A DNA stretch of 64,000 bases, from NCBI RefSeq assembly GCF_044704955.1, contig NC_091994.1, positions 43,152,001 through 43,216,000 of the forward strand, in the 5' to 3' direction. The number at the start of each line of letters is the position of its first letter. The stretch's first letter is position 1. The notes beneath the pieces were generated by a model that saw only the letters and a list, made by a program, of their open reading frames with translations, searched no databases and was not told where the DNA came from. The stretch is from Pristiophorus japonicus. Its lineage: Eukaryota. Below, piece after piece: positions 27,337-39,579 of this stretch. A program made the position numbers and the translations under genes.

Positions 27337-27727
27337 AAATCAGAAGAGATTGTGGAATGAAGAGGAAGTGGGTTGTGAGAAGCAGGATTAGGTATAAAGA
27401 TATCGTCATCTTCAATTGATTCAGCCCTGCTGCTGGCCACGAGCTCAGCAATATCCCCCAATAATGGTCAGCACCATCTCCTCTATCGGGGTAAGGTTAT
27501 GCAGGTGTCCCTGTGTCCCTTCAGGCAGTCCCTGCTTCCTCCTGTTGTGCGCCATCTTCTCCTGCAGGAAAGATGGAAATGTGTCGTGTAATCTGTTTGG
27601 GTGATGTGGCTGTCATGATTGAATAGCTGGCATTGTGTGCAAGTTGTGAGATGTAGGCATGAAGCTTGCAGCAGTGCTAAGTGTGTGTGGGTGTGAGAGT
27701 GAGGTGAAGTTCCGAATGTTAGATATA

Positions 27728-30700
27728 TGTTATATATGTGGACTTGTATTTACTCTGTACAGCCACCATAGGGCTCATTCCCCGGAATCCCAAGGGATCC
27801 CATAATCCCTTGGGAGCATAGGTATTTAAGAAGGCTTCGCAGGTTGGAGAGGCACTCTGGAGACCTGCAATAAAAGACTACGGTCACACTTTACTTTGAG
27901 CTCACAGTGTTCAGTCTGACTCTTTCTCCATACACAACAACTGGGAACGAGATACAGATAGCGAGCCCAAAGATGTAGAGAACAGTGGGCATCCTGGAGA
28001 AATTTTCAGAGGGAGATAATTGGGAAACTTTTGTGGAGCGACTCGACCAATACTTCGTGGCCAGATGGGGAAGAAAGTGCTGCCAAACGAAGGGCGATCC
28101 TCCTCACCGTCTATGGGGCACCAACGTCTGGCCTCATGAAAAATCTGCTCACTCCAGCAAAACCCACAGAGAAATCATACGATGATTTGTGCACACTGGT
28201 CCGAGAGCATTTGAACCTGAAGGAAAGCGTTCTGATGGTGAGGTACCAGTTCTGCACCTACAAAAGGTCTGAAGGCCAGGAAGTGGCGAGTTATGTCACC
28301 GCCTTGCAGGACATTGTGAATTTGAAGGACATTTGGAGCACATGCTCAGAGACTTTTTCATATTTGGCATTGGCCACGAAACCATGCTTCGCAAGCTTTT
28401 GACTGTAGAGACCTCAACCTTGAGTAAGGCCATAGCGATAGCCCAGGCATTCACTGCCACCAGTGACAATACAAAGCAAATCTCTCAGCACACAAGTTCG
28501 GCTACAAGTACTGTGAACAAAGTGATGTTGTTTTCGAATCGTAACGTACAGGGCAGGTCACACATACCTGCAGCTACATGTACGCAGATGTCTCAGAGTC
28601 CACCAACAAGGATGATGAATGCAAGGCCATTAACACCTTGTTGGCGCTGCGGGGGTGATCATCGTTTCCATTCATGCCGATTCAAAGGATACGTTTGCAA
28701 GGGCTGTGGAACAATGGGACACCTCCAACGAGTGTGCAGGCGAGCTGCTAAGCCTGTTAAACCTGCAAACCACCATGTTGCAGAGGAGGACACATCCATG
28801 GAGGATCACTATGAACCAGAGCCTCAGATAGAGGAGGCAGAGTTACATGGGGTGCACACATTCACCACGAATTGTCCCTCGATAATGCTGAATGTTGAAC
28901 TAAATGGACTCCTGGTGTCAATGGAGCTGGCCAGTCAATCGTGGGCAAAAAGACTTTCGAAAGGTTGTGGTGCAACAAGGCCTCAAGGCCAGTCTTAACT
29001 CCAGTTTGCATGAGACTAAGAACTTAGACTAAAGAACTGATTCCTGTAATCGGCAGTGCTACCGTAAAGGTCTCCTACGATGGAGCAGTGCACAAGCTAC
29101 CACTCTGGGTGGTACTGGGCGATGGCCCCACGCTGCTCGGCAGGAGCTGGCTGGGAAAGATACGCTGGAACTGGGACGACGTCCGAGCGCTATCGCCCGC
29201 TGACGACACTTCATGTGCCCAGGTCTTAAACAAATTTCCTTCGCTGTTTAGGAAATTCCAAGGAGCAAAAGTGCAGATCCACTTAATTCCGGGGGCGCGA
29301 CCCATCCATCACAAGGTGAGAGCAGTACCGTACATGATGAGAGAAAGGGTAGAAATCGAGCTAGACCGGCTGCAACGAGAGGGCATCATTTCACCGATCG
29401 AGTTCAGCGAATGGGCCAGTCCTATTGTCCCAGTCCTGAAGGGAGATGGCACCGTCAGAATCTGTGGCGATTACAAAGTAACTATCAATCGTTTCTCCCT
29501 GCAGGACCAATACCCACTATCAAAAGCCGACGACCTCTTTGCAACGCTGGCGGGAGGAAAGACGTTCATGAAGCTGGATCTGACTTCAGCCTACATGACA
29601 CAGGAACTGGAGGGATCGTCGAAGGCCCTCACCTGCATCAACACGCATAAAGGTCTTTTTGTTTATAACAGATGCCCGTTTGGAATCCGATCAGCGACAG
29701 CGATATTCCAGAGAAACATGGAAAGTTTATTGAAGTCGGTCCCGCACACCGTGGTCTTCCAGGACGACATCTTGGTCACAGGTCGGAACACAGTCGAGCA
29801 CCTGCAGAACCTGGAGGAGTTTCTTAGTCGACTCAACTGTGTGGGGCTGAGGTTAAAACACTCAAAGTGCATTTTCCTGGCACCTGAAGTGGAGTTCCTG
29901 GGAAGGAGGATTGCGGCGGATGGCATCAGGCCCACCAACTTGAAGACGGAAGCAATCAAGAACGCACCGAGGCCACAGAACGTGACGGAGCTGCGGTCAT
30001 TTCTGGGACTCTTGAACTGCTTTGGTAACTTCTTACCAGGTCTCAGCACCCTGCTAGAACCACTGCATGTCTTACTACGAAAAGGGAGCGAATGGGTTTG
30101 GGGCAAAAGCCAAGTAAATGCCTTTGTAAAAGCGAGAAAATTGTTATGCTCAAACAAATTGCTTGTGTTGGATGATCCATGTAAGCATATGGTACTAGCA
30201 TGTGATGCGTCGTCATATGGCGTCGGGTGTGTATGCAACAAGCTAATGATTTCGGGAAACTGCAACCGGTTGCTTATGCCTCCAAGAGTCTGTCTAAGGC
30301 TGAGAGAGCCTACAGCATGACTGAAAAAAAAGCGTTAGCTTGTGTCTATGGGGCAAAGAAAATGCATCAATACCTGTTTGGGCTAAAATTCGAATTGGAA
30401 AGTGACCATAAGCCACTTATATCCCTATTTTCCGAGAGTAAAGGGATAAATACCAATGCATCGGCCCGCATCCAGAGATGGGCGCTCACGTTGTCTGCAT
30501 GCAACTATGCCATTCTCCACAGGCCAAGCACAGAAAACTGCGCCAATGCTCTCAGTAGGCTGCCATTGCCCTCCACGTGGGTGGAAATGGCACAGCCCGC
30601 AGATCTAGCCATGGTTATGGAAGCAGTTGAGAGTGAGCAATCACCCGTCACTGCCTGGCAGATCAAAACTTGGACAAGCCAGGACCCCTTATTATCTCTA

Positions 30701-32253
30701 GTCAAAAGCTGTGTGCTTCACGGGAGCTGATCCAGTGTCCCAGTAGAAATGCAGGAAGAGATAAAACTGTTCCAGCGGCGCAAAGATGAAATGTCTATGC
30801 AGGCAGACTGCCTTCTGTGGGGCAATCGAATAGTGGTCCCCAAGAAGGGCAGAGACACCTTCATCAATGACCTCCACAGTACCCACCCAGGCGTCGTAAT
30901 GATGAAAGCGATAGCCAGATCCCACGTGTGGTGGCCCGGTATCGATGCAGATTTAGAGTCCTGCATTTACAGATGTAATACATGCTCGCAGTTAAGCAAT
31001 GTACCCAGGGAGGCACTGTTAAGTTCATGGGTCTTGGCCCTCCAAACTGTGGTCTAGGGTACACGTCAACTATGCAGGCCCGATCTTGGGTAAAATGTTC
31101 GTTGTGGTTGTAGACGTGTACTCCAAGTAGATTGAATGCGAGATAATGTCGGCTAGCACGTCTGCTGCCACCACTGAAAGCCTGTGGGCCATGTTTGCCA
31201 CACACGGCTTACCCGATGTCCTGGTGAGCGACAACAGGCCATGTTTTACCAGTGCTGAGTTCAAAGAATTCATGATCCGTAACGGGATCAAACATGTCAC
31301 ATCTGTCCCGTTTAACCCAGCATCCAATGGTCAGGCAGAGAAAGCAGTGCAAACCATTAAGCAAGGCTTGAAGAGGGTAACTGAAGGCTCACTGCAGACT
31401 TGCCTTCCCGAGTCCTGCTTAGCTACTGCACGAGACCACACTTACTCACTGGGATCCCACCTGCTGAACTGCTCATGAAAAGAACACTTAAGACAAGGCT
31501 CTCGTTAGTTCGCCCTGATCTACATGAACAGATAGAGAGCAGGCGACTTCAACAAAGTGCAGACCATGATAGCGCAAATGTGTCATGCGAGATTGAAGTT
31601 AATGATCCTGTATTTGTATTAAATTATGAACAAGGTCCCAAGTGGCTTCCCGGCACTGTCATGGCCAAAGAGGGGAGCAGGGTGTTTCGGGTCAAACTTT
31701 CAAATGGACTCATTCACCAGAAACACTTGGACCAAATCAAACTCAGATTCACGGACTACCCTGAGCAAGCCACCTGGGACCCTACCTTTTTTGATCCCCC
31801 AACACACACACCAGTGGAAACCGACACCACAGTTGACCACGAAGCAGAACCCATCATCCACAGCAGCCCTGCAGGGCCCAACACACCAGGCAGCCCAGCA
31901 AGGCCAACTGCACAGCAGCCCAGCGAGGGCCCAACAAATGATTCAACAACACCAGCTTTCACACCGAGACCAGGGCAAGAAGGGTCCCAGATCGACTCAC
32001 ATTGTAAATAGTTACACTATTGACTTTGGGGGGGGGAGCATTGTTATATATGTATACTTGTATTTACTCTGTACAGCCACCAGAGAGCTCATTCCCCGGA
32101 GTCCCAAGGGATCCCATAATCCCTTGGGAGCACAAGTATTTAAGAAGGCTTCACAGGTTGGAGAGGCACTCTGGAGACCTGCAATAAAAGACTACGGTCA
32201 CACTTTACTTTGAGCTCACAGTGTTCAGTCTGACTCTTTCTCCACACACAGCA
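27728..32253 (+). mobile_element. Full-length degenerate Ty3/Gypsy LTR retrotransposon
   Basis: 212-bp LTRs at 27728-27939 and 32042-32253 differ at about 10 positions and have TG...CA ends. There is a PBS-like ACTGGGAACGAG, a G-rich PPT and an imperfect 5-bp TSD (ATATA/GTATA). Gag has CCHC knuckles (CWRCGGDH, CKGCGTMGHLQRVC), followed by RT FQDD, RNase H and integrase. It is frameshifted and the protease DTG motif is deleted. Confidence 0.96.
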
Positions 32254-32511
32254 GTATATGAGTCATGATTGATAGAGACTCTTGGTGGACAAGTGATGGG
32301 GGAGGGACGGGGGTGAATTGAGTAGTGTGTGAGCCTCACGTTCAGTTGTAAGGATATGGCATTGAAGGTGAATTTGCTGACTTGACCACTCATATGAGAT
32401 CATTAAACTTCTTGCAGCACTGCATCTAGATTTTTTGGGCTACACTGCTTGCATTGACCACGACGGCTATCTGGTCCCAATGTCCACAGTTTGTCTGCCG
32501 GGCCACCTGGG

Positions 32512-33805
32512 CCCCAGTGAGCCTTCGTTGCACTGCCTGTAAGACAAGTATATCCTTCCTTAGATAAGGAGACCAAATCTGTGTACAGTACTCCAGGTGT
32601 GGTCTCACCAAGGCCCTGCACAACTGTCGCAAGACTTCCTTACTTCCAAGTACTCCAATCCCCTTGCAATAAATGCCATTTGCCTTCCTTATTGCTTGCT
32701 GTACCTGCTTGTTTAAATCTCTGTGTTTCCTGTATGTGACACCTAAATCTCTTTGAACACCAACATTTAATAGTTTCTCACCATTTAAAAAATATTCTGT
32801 TTTTCTATTCTTCCTACCAAAGTGAATAAAGTGACATTTCTCCACATTATATCCATCTGCCACCTTATTGCCCACTCACTTAACCAATCCGTGTCCCTTT
32901 GCAACATAGCTCATTTTCCTCACAGCTTACTTTCCCATCTAGCTTTGTATCGTCAGCAAACTTGGATATATTACACTCGGTTCGAATTCATTAATATAGA
33001 TTGTAAACAGCTGAGGCCAAAGCATGGATCCTTGCGGCACCCCACTCATTACAGCCTGCCAACCTGAAAATGATCTGCTTATCCCTACTTTTCTGTCTGT
33101 TAACCAATCCTCTATCCATGCTAATATATTACTTTATTACTTTATTTCTTTATTCCCCATTATAATTTCTCCTGTCTCAGCTTTGAAGGGACCAACGCTT
33201 ACTTTTGCTACTCTTTTTTTTTACATACTTGTAGAAACTCTAACAATCTGTTTTTAAATGTCTTGCTAATTTACTCTCATTCTATTTTCTCCCTTTTTAT
33301 CAATGTATTGATCACCCTTTGCTGGTTTCAAATGTTCTCCCAATTTCCAGGCTTATTACGATTCTTTGCAACTTGATAAGCCTCTTATATTAATTTAATA
33401 CTATCCTTAACTTCTTTAGTTAGCTCCGGAGGGTCACTTTTCCCGTGGAGTTTTTATTTCTCAATGGAATGCATCCTCATTGAGAATTTTGGAATATTTC
33501 TTTAAATATTTGCCACTGCTCATGTACCATCATGCCTTTTAATGTAATTTCCCAATCTAACTTAGCCAACTCGCCCCTCATATCTGTGTAATTGACTTTA
33601 TTTAAGTTTAAGGTTCTAGTTTCGAATTTAAGTATGTTTCTCTCAAACTCAATTTGAAATTCCAACACATTTTGATCACATTATGATCACCCTTCACCAG
33701 AGGATGCTTTACTATGAGATTACAAATTAACTCTCATTACACAATACAAGCTCTAATCTAGCCTGTTCCCTGGTTGGTTCCATTACATATTGTTCTAGGA
33801 AACTG
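32512..33805 (-). mobile_element. Deleted or fragmented CR1 LINE
   Basis: ORFs 32426-32875 (YNVEKC..IHFGRKN, LVRPHLEYC) and 33477-33668 resemble CR1 ORF2. Confidence 0.8.
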
Positions 33806-34805
33806 TGGATAGAGTATTTCTCATCTCCTGTCCACTTCCCGCACCAAGGCCTCCAGTGCTGCGTCTGAAAATCTGGGAGCTCTCTCTCTGCCCTGTTGTG
33901 TCATCATTCAGTTTCCTTGCTCCTCAGTCTGTTTCCCAGCCCCTTCAACCACCTGTTGTAGCCAAAATGCACCTCCCCTTTAAGAGGTGCAAGCTGTCTT
34001 TAAGAAGTGCAATCTAGCTTTAATTTGTGCTAGCCTTGCACAAACTTGTGCCATCTGCTGAGGCACTAATTCACTGAACAGTGCATTTAGTTCTTGCTTA
34101 CCGCTGCACTCATTTTAATTAGCAGACAGCCTGTATCAGACTCAAAGGGTGAGGGCTAATTATGCATATTGATACCCACACCCATTTTCAGGCCTTATCC
34201 AATTTCTAACCCAAAATGTCAGGATGAATTCCAACTAGTTTTCAGAAATTGATCCAAGGCATTCAATGAATGGCCAACTGGGGTTAGAGTTCAGATATCA
34301 GATTCTGCCACAAGACCTATGGGTATTTTTAAGAATTTAATTAAGTGATGTATAAAGTACTTCAATGGCTGTAAAGCAGTTGCAGATGTCATGAGGGGCG
34401 AGAATTGCACTATATAACGGCAAGTTAGTGGTGAAAGCAATGAGGAAATTCAGGGGCAATGGGCAATTTTACAAAGCTCCCCTGCAAGATGTGAGCATGG
34501 TTGGAGATAGAACTTTAACATCTATGGCTCCAATTTTCTGACCTGTGTTTAGCACTAGAGAGTCTCCATGTCAACGGGGCAAGCTGTATCACTGCTGTTC
34601 ATTGAGAAGAGTAAGAGGTTCTTGATGTCAGTGTCTCAAAGTATTTCAGTTACACCGTCTGATTTTAGTGATAGGTATTTATACACAAATATCACATAGC
34701 CTACTTATAAAAGGCAAAGGTCTTCTCCCCCAACTGAGATCCTAATTTATGGATTTGCATTTTTTTCATTCTTGTGATATGGTTGTCGCTTGCAATGCCA
34801 GCATT

Positions 34806-36848
34806 TAGAAACATAGAAACATAGAAAATAGGAGCAGTAGTAGGCCATTCGGTCCTTCGAGTCTGCACCGCCATTCAATATGATCATGGCTGATCCTCTA
34901 TCTCAACACCATATTCCCGCTTTTTCCCCATACCCTTTGATGCCTTTTGTTTCTAGGGCCCCAAGTTTCGGACCGCGCCAAAAATGGCGCACCTCCGAGC
35001 TGGACGCCTGTTCTTCGTGCCTAAAAGTGTGCTAGAAAAAAACTTCGATATTCTCCGGCTCCTCGGAGCTCGATCTCAGCTTGGCGCGGCGTGCTCTTCA
35101 CAGCGGGGGGCGGAGCCAAACACTTGCGTCGATTCTGTAAGTAGTGGGGGGCGGGTCCAATTTAAATGAGCCAACGTGGTGCCGGCAACCCTGCGCATGC
35201 GCGTTGGAGCGTGCGCGCACGCGCAGTGTCAAACAAACATTGCCACTCGGCCATTTTTAAAAGGACTCGGCTGCCGTCGAGCCACTGACGCCGCCCCTTA
35301 AGTGTGGCCGAATGGCCTCAACCCCCTTGAAAAGCTGCGTGCGTCCGGTGTTGATCCTTCGGCTGCCGGCCAGCCACTGACGCTGCTCCTATCCCATGGC
35401 CGAATGGCTTCAGCCCCCTTGAAAAGCTGCATGCGTCCGGTGTTGATCCTTCGGCTACTGGCCAGCCACTAACAGAATGAAGGCTTGCCTGCAGCACCGC
35501 AGCTCAGCTCGAAGGCTGCTTGCTGCCGCTGTTGGGGCTGCTGTCGAGACACTGACGCCACACCCCTGCCTGCCTCCAACATGAAAGGCCTGCCTGAAGC
35601 ACAGCAGCTCGAAGGCTGCTGCTGTTTCACACAGGTAGGAACATGGTTTATTTAATCTTTTCTTTGCTTATAAATTTTTCTTCAGGTTGGATTTATTTGT
35701 ATAATATTTGTATAAGTATAACTAAGGATTGATTGTAGAATTTAATGACTTCCCTTCCCCCCTCCCCCCCCCCCCGCCCCCCCCACCTCGTTCCCTACGC
35801 CTAATTTGTAACCTACGCCTGATTTTCTAAAGTGTAGACAAGGTTTTTTCGAGCGTACAAAAATCTTCACTTACTCCATTCTAAGTTAGTTTGGAGTATG
35901 TTTTCACTTCCGAAACTTTGAAAACAGGCGTAAGTGGCCGGACACGCCCCCTTTTGAAAAAAAAATTCTGTTCCAAAGTGAAACTGTTCTAACTGACTAG
36001 AACTGGAGCAAATTAAATGCCGAGAATTTGAATTTCTAAGATACTCCGTTCTACACCAGTTGCTCCAAAAAATCAGGAGCAACTGAGGCCGAAACTTGGG
36101 CCCTAGAAATCTACCTATCTCCCTCTTAAATATATTCAGTGACTTGGCCTCCACAGCCTTCTGTGGTCGAGAATTCCACAGGTTCACCACCCTCTGAGTG
36201 AAAAAATTTCTCCTCATCTCGATCCTAAATTTTCTGCCCGTATCCTGAGACTGCGACCCCTTGTTCTAGACTTCCCAGCCAGGGGAAACATCCTCCCTGC
36301 ATCCACTCTATCCAACCCAGTCAAAATTGTATACGTTTCAATGAGATCCACTCTCATTCTTCTAAACTCTAGTGAATACAGGCCTAGTCAACCCAATTTC
36401 TTCTCATACAACAGTCCTGCCATCCCAGGAATCAATCTGGTGAACCTTCACTGCATTCCCTCTATGGCAAGTATATCCTTTCTTAGGTAAGGAGACCAAA
36501 CCTGCATACAATACTCCAGGTGCGATCTCACCTGGCTAACTGTAGTAAGACATCCTTGCTTCTGCACTCAAATCCTCTTGCAATGAAGGCCAACATACCA
36601 TTTGCCTTCCTAACTGCTTGCTGCACCTGCATGTTTGCTTTCAATGACTGGTGTACAAGGACACCCAGGTCTCTCTGTACATCGACACTTCCCAAGCCAT
36701 CACCATTTAAATAATACTTTGTCCTTATGTTTCTCCTACCAAAGTGGATAACTTCACATTTATCCACGTTATACTGCATCTGCCATGTGTTTGCCCACTC
36801 ACTCAACCTATCTAAGTCGCCTTGCAGCGTCTTTGCATCCTCCTCAAA
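34806..36848 (-). mobile_element. CR1 LINE 3' portion interrupted by a MITE
   Basis: An (AGAAACAT)n tail lies at 34806-34826. ORFs 35867-36217 and 36528-36806 have CR1 C-terminal motifs. Confidence 0.88.
34956..36103. mobile_element. Non-autonomous DNA transposon (MITE-like, probably Harbinger-type) with terminal inverted repeats and an internal tandem repeat of about 85 bp
   Basis: Ends are GGGCCCCAAGTTTCGG and CCGAAACTTGGGCCC, with a TA(G) duplication that restores CR1 TTCTAGAAAT. Repeats lie at about 35268-35470. Confidence 0.8.
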
Positions 36849-37334
36849 ATTTATTGTCTATCCCTAGATGCCCTTGAGGAGGTGTTGGTGAGCCTTCTTC
36901 AACCGCTGCAGTCCATTTGTTGAAGTTACTTCCATAACGCTGTTAGATAGAATTTGCAGGATGTTGACCGAGTGATGATGATGGAATGGCGATATATGTC
37001 CAGGTTGGAATGGTGTGTGACTTGGAGGGAACATGGAGGTGAAGGTGTTGCCATGAATCTGCTCCACTGGTCCTTTTAGATGCTGGAGGTTGTGGCTTTG
37101 GGAGATGCTGGAATTAAAATCTATGGTCAGGGAGTTCTTAAAAAGGAATGCCTTTCCAGGTCCCTGGTGCTGTCTGAGTCAGCTAGAACACAGGAGAGTG
37201 GGATTAGCCTGATCGTGGCTCATGTGGAGCGAAACACTGGCACAGACTTGATATCAGTCGAGGTGCTACAATCGGTTCCTGGGTTGGAGAATGCAAAAAA
37301 TCAGCTCGAGTTTCATGTTACTGCTCACTCTGTA

Positions 37335-37680
37335 AGAAAGAAAGACATGCAGTTACATAAACTGTTTTCATGACCTCAGGATGTCCCAAAGTGCTTTGCA
37401 GCCAATGAAGTATTTTTGAAGTGTAGTCACTCTTGTAATGTAGGAAACGTGGCAGCCAATTTGCTCACAAAGAGCAATGTGATAATGACCAGATCATGTG
37501 TTTTAGGTATTGGTTGAGGAACAAAAATTGGCCAGGATACCATAGCGAACTCTCCTGCTCCTCTTTAAAATAGGGCCCTGGAATCTTTTATGTTCAACTG
37601 AGAGTACAGACGGAAGCTGGGTTTAACGTCTCATCAGACAGACAGCAGCCCTGATAGTCGAGCACTCCCTTTCGCCCTGA
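37335..37680 (-). mobile_element. Deu-domain SINE (SacSINE1-like)
   Basis: Contains GGTTTAACGTCTCATC and CAGCCAATGAAGTA...GTAGTCAC..TGTAATGTAGGAAAC blocks shared with 57921-58245. Most of it is deleted in the left arm. Confidence 0.65.
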
Positions 37681-38356
37681 TTGCAAATATCTCCTGGCAC
37701 AAATGTGCAGGAAATTCCAGGACAAGAGAATCCCTGAAATATACACAATTCCGAGCTGAGAAATGTACTGGTTCTCACAACATTGCAAATGGGTTGGCGA
37801 AGATTTATTTTAGCGAAATGAGAAACATGTTGTAAAAGAAGATGTTTATCACAAGACATGAAGAGATTTTGGTTAAGCTATCTATGGTACTGCTACACAG
37901 AATGGACAGACGATGCAGTCCTGGTGTGGAGGTGCTTCGGGTGCCCGATCATTATGGGCCCCACAGTGATCGGACGACTCCATGCTCACCTGTTAACTGA
38001 AATATCTCACCTACCGAAGGCAGTGGAAATTGAGTAATTGCCAGGGAAACACTCCTGGGGGATGAAGGCACCGTGACAAAATGCATAGCCAACAATCCTC
38101 AAAGCAAATAGGATTTTCCAGCAACCTGCATCATGAAAATCACATTTGCATCACCTCCTTATCTTTTAAGACTATGTCATTAACACCACGTGGAGTATTT
38201 GTGTGTGATTTGGGTGATGATGGTTGAAGCCTCGGAACAAACAGGTGGCAGATAATTTTAGATCAAAAAGAACAAAGATAATGCTGGGCCTTAAGGCCCC
38301 GTGAACTAATTGATGGAGTTTAGGAGGTAATTCGTTTATTTTGCAACTTTTAAGGA

Positions 38357-38446
38357 TATATAAACCCCAACCCAAACTCCAGTACAACACAGCTTGGTCT
38401 CGAGTGGTTCGTGTGGCTTCAGAAGAAACAGAGGTGTCTTTGTGAG
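38357..38446 (+). promoter_or_regulatory. TATA box and short non-coding first exon of gene B
   Basis: TATATAAA at 38357-38364 and a GTGAGT donor at 38447. The matching acceptor TTTTGCCCACAG ends at 39525, 54 nt before the ATG. Confidence 0.7.
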
Positions 38447-39579
38447 GTGAGTGCAGTATCGTTCATCTTACATCGACTGTACTCTAGTGAATGGTCTGAT
38501 ATTAATGTATAATTAATAGACTGAAATATCACTGGGTGGTTCAGCACTTTAACACAGCAAAGAAAATCTGTTTGATTGGGCGGAATGACTGCATCATAAC
38601 ATTGTACACGGTAATTAAATGTTGTGTAGGAAAGAAAACTAGATTGAAAAGTTTTAAACATTGGAATGGAGACATTAATGTAAAATAAATGGTTTAACAC
38701 AAGGGAAGCAGAAGAATATCATACAAACACATCCAGTGTTTTCCACTAAAATTACTGACAGTATTTTCTAAACTCAGATTTATTGTGAGGACAAATTCAG
38801 TGGGAACCACAGATTCGTGGGATCAATGTATTACTGACTGGGAACTTGGAGCTAGTCAAATCTGAAGCTACAGGCAGCTCTGTCCCACCCTGAATCTATC
38901 TTCAGGTTTCACACAGCCAGGAAACTTTACAATCCCTGCAAAGACATCTCCAGGACAATTTAAATCATTGGGAATAGGGAATTAAAGACTCCTATGTGTA
39001 ATGGAAGAGACTTTGAAAGTTTCATGAACTGTTATTCTTTGTATCCAAATGAATAATAATTGGTGTCAAATATTCATTGTACAATTATTAGTTGAAACAG
39101 TTTAAGGCTAAATCCTACCCCTTTGTCCCACTCTGGTATTCATCCCCAGCAGAGGGAGTAGGTAGCTGGTCTGATCTCAGCTCTTCTACCTGTTTACTCT
39201 GTGATTGCCATTAGGAGATGTACAAGGAGGGCTGTGTCCACTCACCCTGCCATTCTCCCCTGTCGCTACTGCTGTACAGCTCCTCCTCGATGGGACAGCA
39301 GGGATTGGGATCCTGCCCAGTGGGAATTGTCATGTAACAACGTGTAGAGCCTGCAGAATGGCTGCAATCACGTGCTGGAAAAGAATCTGAAAGGCAGAGG
39401 AAGCAGTGACAAGGTGACACAAAGAATCTGGGTTTGTTAACAAAGAATGTTAATAACGAGGGTAGGAACGTGAGATTATGGACTTGCATCATCTCTCCAC
39501 ATTCTTCTGAATCTTTTGCCCACAGCTTTTCACAAAGTCATCGACCCTGTGACACATTTGACGTGTGAGAGGCTTCAGC

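Larger units (their letters stand above)
26311..32510 (-). mobile_element. Remnant of a PIF/Harbinger-type Myb/SANT-like gene, fragmented by Gypsy and RTE insertions
   Basis: 32500-32385 translates WDQIAVVVNASSVAQKI*MQCCKKFNDL (Myb/SANT-like). An exon-like piece from about 27562 reads EKMAHNRRKQ...LTPIEEMVLTIIG after a CTTTCCTGCAG acceptor. A coiled-coil-like ORF lies at 26287-26748. No transposase was seen. Confidence 0.6.

Noticed and set aside
35268-35560. Repeated units of about 85 bp with a superficially array-like layout
   Set aside because: These are degenerate tandem repeats inside a TIR-bounded MITE in a vertebrate genome. There are no unique spacers or cas genes, so it is not a CRISPR array.
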